This document shows, piece after piece, positions 38,312-44,611 of a stretch of 44,611 nt of DNA. The notes under the pieces are model-generated. The model searched no databases. It was given only the letters and a program-made list of their open reading frames with translations, and had not been told where the DNA came from. The stretch is from contig JAGYLS010000007.1 in the NCBI GenBank assembly GCA_018400815.1, positions 1-44,611 on the forward strand, read 5' to 3'. The first letter of the stretch is position 1; each line of letters opens with the position of its first letter. This stretch comes from Candidatus Oleincola secundus (lineage in GTDB: Bacteria > Atribacterota > Phoenicimicrobiia > Phoenicimicrobiales > Stramentimicrobiaceae). Both the position numbers and the translations under genes were made by a program.

Positions 38312-38827
38312 TCAACTTTCATTTTGAACAAGTTCATCCAAACCTTTTTCATTTTTTCTAAAGGGGAAGACGTTTTTTGGAAAATCTTCCGGTAAGAATA
38401 TATTATGCATATCCGGTAGCCCTACAAATTCCACCCCAAACATTTCTTTTGTTTCCCTTTCTGTTGTTTGTGCACCGGGAATTAAATCAGTAATAGTACC
38501 AATTGATGGTTTTTTTCTATCTAAGCTTACCTTTATATTGATAGAAATTTCTTTAAATTTCTCTCCATAGTAAATTGAAAAAAGATAGAGCAAATCAATT
38601 GATTCACCGGTATCATTTCCAGCAATAATCGCAATATGAGGATATTGTAGAGTAGCAAGTAATTTTATAGTATCCCTAAATTTACTCTGCTCAACTTCTA
38701 ACCAGATATTATTAAATTCTTCTTGCTTGATTCCCTCTTTATTTGTATCAATACGGCTATCTAAAATAGATTCTTTTAAATTTTTTTTCAGAAAAGATAA
38801 TAATTCTTTCGGACTCATATATTCCAT
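38312..38827 (-). CDS. mbhK: Mbh subunit K (NuoC-like)
   Basis: 'I.G.DTG', 'ERETKEMFGVEF.G', 'FLPEDFP...PFRK'. Confidence 0.9.
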   Translation of the reverse strand: MEYMSPKELLSFLKKNLKESILDSRIDTNKEGIKQEEFNNIWLEVEQSKFRDTIKLLATLQYPHIAIIAGNDTGESIDLLYLFSIYYGEKFKEISINIKVSLDRKKPSIGTITDLIPGAQTTERETKEMFGVEFVGLPDMHNIFLPEDFPKNVFPFRKNEKGLDELVQNES

Positions 38828-38886
38828 ATCCTCACCAAACCTTTATGTTATATTATAATATCAATCAATTAAATTACCTGCATTTC

Positions 38887-39354
38887 TCATGCACTTGTCT
38901 TTTGCACTTTTTCTGCAGAAGATGCGGAGGCACCTCTTACCCTTTCCAATTTTAGCCAGGCTTTTAAAACTCCATCGATTATTGCTTCGGGTCTGATTGG
39001 ACAGCCGGGAACATATACATCTACTGGAATATGTTTATCGACAGGACCTACAATATTATAAGAATCATAAAAAACACCTCCGCTGGTCCCACAAGTTCCT
39101 ACAACTATTACAGCTTTTGGATCAGGAGTCTGCTCATATATTAATTTTAATCTTGGTAACATTTTTCTGTTAACCGGGCCCGTAACCAGCAATACGTCGG
39201 CATGCTTGGGACTGCCTACCAGCTTAATACCAAATCTTTCTACATCATATCTTGGTGTTAATAAGGCAACAATTTCAATATCACAACCATTACATGAACC
39301 TGTATTCAAATGGAATACCCATAAAGAACGATCTAAATATTTATCTAACTTCAT
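38887..39354 (-). CDS. mbhJ: Mbh small subunit J (NuoB-like)
   Basis: 'GSCNGCDIE', 'HADVLLVTG', 'GTC', 'VPGCP.RPE'. Confidence 0.95.
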   Translation of the reverse strand: MKLDKYLDRSLWVFHLNTGSCNGCDIEIVALLTPRYDVERFGIKLVGSPKHADVLLVTGPVNRKMLPRLKLIYEQTPDPKAVIVVGTCGTSGGVFYDSYNIVGPVDKHIPVDVYVPGCPIRPEAIIDGVLKAWLKLERVRGASASSAEKVQKTSA

Positions 39355-39358
39355 TGAA

Positions 39359-39697
39359 TTAACTCACTCCTACTACAATAAAAATAATAGCCATTACCAA
39401 AACAATCCAGCCACTATAATCATTAATATTTCCTGTATGTAACTTTATTAAAGGTTGATAATAATGCTTTAATGCTTCGGTAAACCCCCAGTAGATATGA
39501 CTAGCACTAACATGGGAATCTTCTTTGCTTATTTCAGGATTTCCTGAAAGAAAAGGTTTTGTCTGATCTGTGTCTTTTTTATATTTATCTTCTCCATGGT
39601 TTCTTAACCAAATAACAGCAGCTCCAACAGCTATTACCATTATTACCCATGTAATAGCATTCCAATAACCGCTTCCTGTTTCTAATAAACCTATCAT
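39359..39697 (-). CDS. mbhI: Mbh subunit I
   Basis: 'GSGYWN', 'KPFLSGN', 'YWGF', 'HTG..NDY'; position between mbhH and mbhJ. Confidence 0.85.
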   Translation of the reverse strand: MIGLLETGSGYWNAITWVIMVIAVGAAVIWLRNHGEDKYKKDTDQTKPFLSGNPEISKEDSHVSASHIYWGFTEALKHYYQPLIKLHTGNINDYSGWIVLVMAIIFIVVGVS

Positions 39698-39701
39698 TAT
39701 A

Positions 39702-41270
39702 TTAAATTCCTCCCAATATAGTTGCAGTATAGTTTGTTTGATTAATTAATGCCATAACTGCAGGATGAACTAAATTTTTAACAATGACATCGGGAAATAA
39801 ACCAAAAAGAACGATGATACAGGCCAGAGTAGCCATTGCAAATAGCATACTTTTCGGGACTTCCTGAACCTTTTTATATTGCTCAAGTTTTGGACCTAAG
39901 AAAGCACTGTGAAAAACTTTTACGAAAGAAGCCAAAGTTAAAATGCTAACTAACATGGCAATGATTGATAATAAGGGATTAAATTTATAGACAGATTCAT
40001 AAATCATCAATTTTGAGGCAAAACCATTAAATGGCGGTATTCCCGCAATAGCAGCAGCACCTATAATAAAAAATATAGTGGTATAAAACATATTATTTGC
40101 CAAACCACCCATTTTATTTAAATCTCTGGTACCTGTTCTATAAAACAAAGCGCCTGCTGTTAAAAATAATAGTCCCTTATACATTGCATGATTCATAATA
40201 TGAAAGATACTACCTTCCATAGCCTTGATACCGAAACTGTTCAGGGCTACAGGATTAGCCAGAACAGCCAGGCCTACACCTACTCCTAAAAGCATATAAC
40301 CAGTCTGAGAAATAGCATGATAAGCCATTAAGCGTTTTATGTCTTTTTGAATTATTGCCATGGTAACACCAATAAACATTGATAATACACCGAGGATAAT
40401 AATAATCCATCCAATGGTTACAGTATTCAAGGAAATATTATATAAAGAAAAACATACCCTAAAAAGAGCATACAAACTGGCCTGGCTGGCAGCAACCAAA
40501 ACCATAGTAATAGCTGCGGGTGCTTCCGAGTAGGCATCAGGAGTCCACATATGCATAGGAACTGATCCGGCTTTCATTGACAAAACTGTTACCAAAAGTA
40601 TCAGGGCAATTTTATCCAGCTGAGTAAATTGCATAACACTGGCAATGGTAGCCATGTTTAAAACATCATATTGACCATAAAATAAGCCTATTGCAAATAA
40701 TACCATTAATGCAGATATTGAACTTACCACCATATATTTAAAACCAGCTTCAGCCGGTTCTCCGGAAAAATTACTTCTAAAAGCAATCAAAGCAACTGAA
40801 GAAATTGAAGCGATTTCCAGGAAAACAAAAAAATTAAAGATGTCTCCAGTAAATTCCATTCCAAACATTCCGGTTGCCAATAAAAGCAAAAGAGCATAAT
40901 ACTTTTCAAGTCCACTCTCTTTTTGCATAAAAGACAAAGAGTAAATAGCTGCCAAAAAAGAAACAACTGCAGTAATTAATCCCATAAATATTCCCATACC
41001 ATCAATATGAAAAATGATTCGTATGGGCACAGTATAACCAGAGGGTAGGGTTAATCCGGCGTCACCTCCACCAAAAACATAAATCATCGAACCATTAGTA
41101 AGTATCTGAATAGCCATCAATATAGTAATTCCCAGAGTCAACCCCAATATAGCTGATATAAACCAGCCTAATATCTTTCGATTAAAACGACCTACAACAG
41201 GCGTTAAAAAGGCTGCTAATAGAGGCAAAGCCATTACTAAGGCAGGAGAATGTGTCAAAATGCTGCTCAT
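39702..41270 (-). CDS. mbhH: Mbh subunit H (MrpD/NuoN-like antiporter subunit)
   Basis: 'GDIFN.FVF.EI', 'KAG.VP.H.W.PDAY', 'KRLMAY', 'HAMYKGLLFL', 'G.PPFNGF.SK'. Confidence 0.92.
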   Translation of the reverse strand: MSSILTHSPALVMALPLLAAFLTPVVGRFNRKILGWFISAILGLTLGITILMAIQILTNGSMIYVFGGGDAGLTLPSGYTVPIRIIFHIDGMGIFMGLITAVVSFLAAIYSLSFMQKESGLEKYYALLLLLATGMFGMEFTGDIFNFFVFLEIASISSVALIAFRSNFSGEPAEAGFKYMVVSSISALMVLFAIGLFYGQYDVLNMATIASVMQFTQLDKIALILLVTVLSMKAGSVPMHMWTPDAYSEAPAAITMVLVAASQASLYALFRVCFSLYNISLNTVTIGWIIIILGVLSMFIGVTMAIIQKDIKRLMAYHAISQTGYMLLGVGVGLAVLANPVALNSFGIKAMEGSIFHIMNHAMYKGLLFLTAGALFYRTGTRDLNKMGGLANNMFYTTIFFIIGAAAIAGIPPFNGFASKLMIYESVYKFNPLLSIIAMLVSILTLASFVKVFHSAFLGPKLEQYKKVQEVPKSMLFAMATLACIIVLFGLFPDVIVKNLVHPAVMALINQTNYTATILGGI

Positions 41271-41614
41271 TCTTTTAACCTCCTCACTTCATCGGTATTT
41301 ATCGTTCCGTATTTTTTATAAATAATCATAGCAATAGAAAGAATCAGAGCAGTCGTTGCTACACCAATAACAATACTGGTTAGAGTCAAGGCCTGAGGAG
41401 TTGGTAAAACCATATTCATTCCCTCCGGTGCTTGCGTATATATAGGTGCAACCGATCCCTTTCTGTATCCCAGGGTAATGAGAAATAAATTAGCACCGCA
41501 CTCAATCAATGTTATGCCTATGGCAATTTTTATCAGGTTCTTCTTAAATATTAGAGTGTAGAAACCCAATCCTATCAAAATCGCAACTGCAACATAAGGA
41601 AAATTTCCAATCAT
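41267..41614 (-). CDS. mbhG: Mbh subunit G (MrpC)
   Basis: 'NLIK', 'PQALTLTSIVIG'. Confidence 0.92.
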   Translation of the reverse strand: MIGNFPYVAVAILIGLGFYTLIFKKNLIKIAIGITLIECGANLFLITLGYRKGSVAPIYTQAPEGMNMVLPTPQALTLTSIVIGVATTALILSIAMIIYKKYGTINTDEVRRLKE

Positions 41615-41615
41615 A

Positions 41616-42095
41616 TTACGAATTCTCCTTTTTCTTTGTATTTTTTGATCCTGCAGACATAGTTAGAATAATGACTCCCAATGCTGCTAAGACTTCTAGG
41701 CCAACAGCAATATTCATAATCGGTATGGTACCACCTGTGTTGAGGTCACCTGGATTAATACCGATAATGGCTGAATTACCAAATAATCCTCCGCTGTTTG
41801 CCATAAAATTATAAAAGAAAGTTACACCCAGGCCAAAAAAGGCAAAGGCAATAAAGAGGACAAGTCCGGTGCTTTCAACCAGAGAAAGAATATCTTTTTT
41901 TAAAAAATCTTTAACTCCCTGATCACCATAAGTTACCACCAATAAAGCAAAGGCTGAAGCAGCAATTGCTCCACCCTGGAAACCCCCGCCAGGGGTTAGG
42001 TGACCATGTGCAATGACATAAAAGCCATAAACAATGATAAATCCATAAATCAGCGTTGTCACTGTTCTAACAATGCGAGACATTTCATTTTTCAT
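41616..42095 (-). CDS. mbhF: Mbh subunit F (MrpB)
   Basis: 'HGHLTPGGGFQGG', 'NIAVGLEV'. Confidence 0.92.
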   Translation of the reverse strand: MKNEMSRIVRTVTTLIYGFIIVYGFYVIAHGHLTPGGGFQGGAIAASAFALLVVTYGDQGVKDFLKKDILSLVESTGLVLFIAFAFFGLGVTFFYNFMANSGGLFGNSAIIGINPGDLNTGGTIPIMNIAVGLEVLAALGVIILTMSAGSKNTKKKENS

Positions 42096-42358
42096 TTAGC
42101 CGCCTCCCTGAATAATGCAGTAATACCCAGTACAGCCGTAAATAAGACAGTGGCTTCTCCAAGTGTGTCAAAACCTCGATAATCAAAAACAATAGTAGTG
42201 ACTACATTATTAGCTCCTGTTTCAGCCTGGGCATTTTGAATATAATAATCATCCATTTCACTAATAATTGGTTCTCCAAAAAGCCTCATGCCAAAAGCTG
42301 CTACAATCATAAAAGCCACAAAAAAAACTAAGGCTATCGCAAAAATTGATTTTTTCAT
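42092..42358 (-). CDS. mbhE: Mbh subunit E
   Basis: 'N.VT.IVFDYRGFDTLGEATVLF'; start placed at ATG 42358. Confidence 0.9.
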   Translation of the reverse strand: MKKSIFAIALVFFVAFMIVAAFGMRLFGEPIISEMDDYYIQNAQAETGANNVVTTIVFDYRGFDTLGEATVLFTAVLGITALFREAAK

Positions 42359-42369
42359 TATCTCACCCC

Positions 42370-42612
42370 TCACTTTCTGGTTGCTCTTATTGCAAAAATA
42401 TAGATTGCCATCGTTAAAGCTGCTCCAATCCCGGCTTCCGCGATTGCTACATCCGGTGCATGTAATAAATAAAATTCCAGTGAAAGCAATAAACTAACAA
42501 CAGCTAGAGCAATAACTGCAGGTAATAAATCTTTAAACATAACTGCCAAAAATGCCGCAATGATCATAATCACCAATACGGCGATATGGGCAAAACTTAC
42601 CAATAAACTCAT
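42370..42612 (-). CDS. mbhD: Mbh subunit D (DUF4040)
   Basis: 'L.APDVAIAEA.IG'. Confidence 0.9.
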   Translation of the reverse strand: MSLLVSFAHIAVLVIMIIAAFLAVMFKDLLPAVIALAVVSLLLSLEFYLLHAPDVAIAEAGIGAALTMAIYIFAIRATRK

Positions 42613-42971
42613 TTTAAGTCTGCCTCCTTTAATTCGTCGATTACTGCCTGTTTGGGCATAACACCACTACGATGAGCAGCCCGGGCAATTGCATGGGCTC
42701 CGGTTGGATTGGTTATAATCAAACAACCCAGGGCTACAATAGTATGTAATGCCAGAACACCGTACTTTGAGTCACCGCTTACTTTCCAAAAATAAAAACC
42801 AAAAATGATAACCGCCAACGAGGTAAATATGGACCCAAAAGTAGTGCATTTTGTGGCTGCGTGTAGTCTGGTGTAAACATCCGGGAACCTCATAAGTCCA
42901 ATGGAACCCAATCCATTAAAGAATATTCCAATTATCAGAAATATAAATAATATAATAGATAAAACTGTCAC
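42609..42971 (-). CDS. mbhC: Mbh subunit C (MrpG)
   Basis: 'RFPDVYTRLHAATK', 'P.GAHAIARAA'. Confidence 0.93.
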   Translation of the reverse strand: MTVLSIILFIFLIIGIFFNGLGSIGLMRFPDVYTRLHAATKCTTFGSIFTSLAVIIFGFYFWKVSGDSKYGVLALHTIVALGCLIITNPTGAHAIARAAHRSGVMPKQAVIDELKEADLK

Positions 42972-43243
42972 TTATCTTTCGACCTCCTCTCCATATGTTT
43001 TGCAATATATAATGTGGCAATATATGATAATAATGCATATACAATTGCAACATCAATATATATCACTTCTTCCATTGCTGCGCCAAATAATATCATTCCG
43101 GCAATTATCAATGTATTAATGGTATCCAGAGCTACTACACGATCCGGTACTGTTGGCCCTAAAACAAGACGAAACAAAGAAATCAACATAAAGAGCAACA
43201 ATAATACGGATGTAATCAAAAAAATATTAAATAATTGAGTCAT
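42968..43243 (-). CDS. mbhB: Mbh subunit B (MrpF)
   Basis: 'R...GPTVPDRVVALD', 'IDVAIVYALL'. Confidence 0.93.
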   Translation of the reverse strand: MTQLFNIFLITSVLLLLFMLISLFRLVLGPTVPDRVVALDTINTLIIAGMILFGAAMEEVIYIDVAIVYALLSYIATLYIAKHMERRSKDK

Positions 43244-43752
43244 TCTGCAATCCTCCTAGCCCAGGTTGGGAAACTACCACAAATATCCTCTATCGCGGGT
43301 TTAAGATTGGTAACATTAATCCAATGTATATAGAGATCATTATTACTTTCATCAATATCCACACTTAATGTTCCGGGTGTTAAGGTAATAGAGTTTGCCA
43401 ATAAGGTAATAGCTGCATCACTCTTCAAATTAGGAGATATTTTTACAATACCAGGGTTAATCTTACCGGTAATAACCCGATAGGCAACATCAATATTAGC
43501 TTTAGCCATAGCAATAAAGAAAGGGCCAATCAAGTAAAACAAAAAAATAACCCATCTCAATGGGTTAAGTAAACGGTAACGTTTTTTCTGAAACAAGACC
43601 TTTGTCGAAATCATGGCCACAATCAAGGAAATGATTACTGCAAAAATCATTTCATATTGACTCCACAAACCTAGAATATCTCCCTGATTGGCAGTTAAAA
43701 ATAAATAAGCAAAAAAACTTAATACAAAACTCGCAATAAAACCAATCATCAC
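43240..43752 (-). CDS. mbhA: Mbh subunit A (MrpE)
   Basis: 'ANIDVAYRV', 'PGIV', 'ANSITLTPGT', 'LYIHW'. Confidence 0.93.
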   Translation of the reverse strand: MMIGFIASFVLSFFAYLFLTANQGDILGLWSQYEMIFAVIISLIVAMISTKVLFQKKRYRLLNPLRWVIFLFYLIGPFFIAMAKANIDVAYRVITGKINPGIVKISPNLKSDAAITLLANSITLTPGTLSVDIDESNNDLYIHWINVTNLKPAIEDICGSFPTWARRIAE

Positions 43753-43924
43753 TTCACCTCACTTTAAGTCTTTAATTTCTTTTTGTATTTCTAACAATAC
43801 TTCTTTAAATATTTTTTTCTCTGAAGATATTTACACAAATTTTTCAATGTTATATTATAAAACTATGGTAATACAAAAATACTTCAAAAATTATACCATA
43901 TTTGAACTGTTACATGCAATTTAT

Positions 43925-44284
43925 TTAACAAAAATCATTATCATTTAACTGAATATCTTGGATAAATAACTCATCTCCACTAATAATTTGAATTGAGCTA
44001 CTTCCACAATAAGGACATTTAAAATACTCTTTATTCAAGGTAAATTCTTTTTGGCAATCCTGACATTTGCCTTTTAAGGGGGAGTGGGTAATCTCAATCT
44101 TTGCTTTTTCTGCCACTGTTGATTTTGATAATTGGTAGAAGGCAGACACTAAAAGCTCCTCATTAATCATGGTAAATTCTCCCATAACAATACGAATTAA
44201 CTCCACTTCTTTTTGCTTACCAGCAATAATCGCCTTCTCTAAAACAATACTTAATAAATTATTAGCAACAGATCTCTCATGCAT
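43925..44284 (-). CDS. hypA: Hydrogenase nickel metallochaperone HypA
   Basis: 'MHE.S', 'CQDC', 'CPYCGS', 'GDEL'. Confidence 0.96.
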   Translation of the reverse strand: MHERSVANNLLSIVLEKAIIAGKQKEVELIRIVMGEFTMINEELLVSAFYQLSKSTVAEKAKIEITHSPLKGKCQDCQKEFTLNKEYFKCPYCGSSSIQIISGDELFIQDIQLNDNDFC

Positions 44285-44410
44285 TAGATTTTATTCTTCT
44301 TTTAAGATAAGAATGTAGGAATGAATACTTAACTACATTAAAAAAGGAAGTATAAACCTCCCCTAAAAACATATTTATACTCTATTTATTTTTTATACTC
44401 AAAAAAACAG

Positions 44411-44498
44411 TGGTGCCGGGAGGGGGATTTGAACCCCCACAAGCAATTTGCCCACCAGCCCCTCAAGCTGGCGCGTCTACCTATTCCGCCATCCCGGC
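44411..44498 (-). tRNA. tRNA-Leu(GAG)
   Basis: GCCGGGA...CCAGC-TTGAGGG-GCTGG, long variable arm, GGTTCAAATCC, TCCCGGC-ACCA with encoded CCA. Confidence 0.97.
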
Positions 44499-44505
44499 AT
44501 TTTTT

Positions 44506-44560
44506 AGTATCGAGTATTGAGTCTAAAAACAGTATTAACTATGGAGTATCAGGTATCGAG
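44506..44560 (+). repeat. Heptamer array (NGTATCG family) upstream of tRNA-Leu
   Basis: agtatcg agtattg agtc ... agtatta ... agtatca ggtatcg ag. Confidence 0.7.
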
Positions 44561-44611
44561 GAAAAAAAATAAATACTGATAAAAAAATTGTTCCCAGAAC
44601 AATCTTTCTGT

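Noticed and set aside
585..43238. Numerous plus-strand ORFs antisense to real genes (e.g. 585-980, 4598-4957, 19393-19743, 28688-29098)
   Set aside because: Shadow ORFs with no recognisable motifs, overlapping well-supported minus-strand genes.
43820..43850. Rex box upstream of mbhA
   Set aside because: Only a TTGTG half-site is present; the other arm does not match.
43925..44498. tRNA-anchored genomic island carrying mbh
   Set aside because: No integrase, no duplicated tRNA 3' end noticed in the window, and no obvious compositional shift.

Overview
Low-GC chromosomal window from an anaerobic bacterium. Gene content and Firmicutes-like synteny are reminiscent of Atribacterota/JS1, but this is inference only. 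Almost all genes are on the minus strand. The left ~7.9 kb is housekeeping: yybS, rpsR, rpsF with an S6:S18 leader, DUF951, an M16 peptidase, mreC, mreB, a decayed ArsB/NhaD-type permease and an AMMECR1 protein. The remaining ~36 kb is a dense H2/formate energy-metabolism cluster ending at tRNA-Leu(GAG). It holds hypA, a complete 14-gene Mrp-Mbh [NiFe]-hydrogenase with its maturation protease, rex, a Rex-boxed [FeFe]-hydrogenase operon, a TM1266/ECF S-component pair, a NuoE/NuoF/FdhF formate dehydrogenase with mobA and fdhD, and hypBFCDE. The most notable observations are: (1) one HydA is preceded by two different HydC/HydB pairs, one a HydB-GltD fusion with bifurcating-type motifs and one with non-bifurcating motifs; (2) a tandem-hairpin plus terminator leader precedes TM1266/ECF-S; (3) inverted heptamer (NGTATCG) arrays bracket AT-rich inserts twice in the hyp operon; (4) two IS200-like miniature elements flank rpsF, one sitting where ssb normally lies; (5) hypE has a frameshift that removes the essential PRIC C-terminus; (6) the PHP gene appears to need a CTG start.
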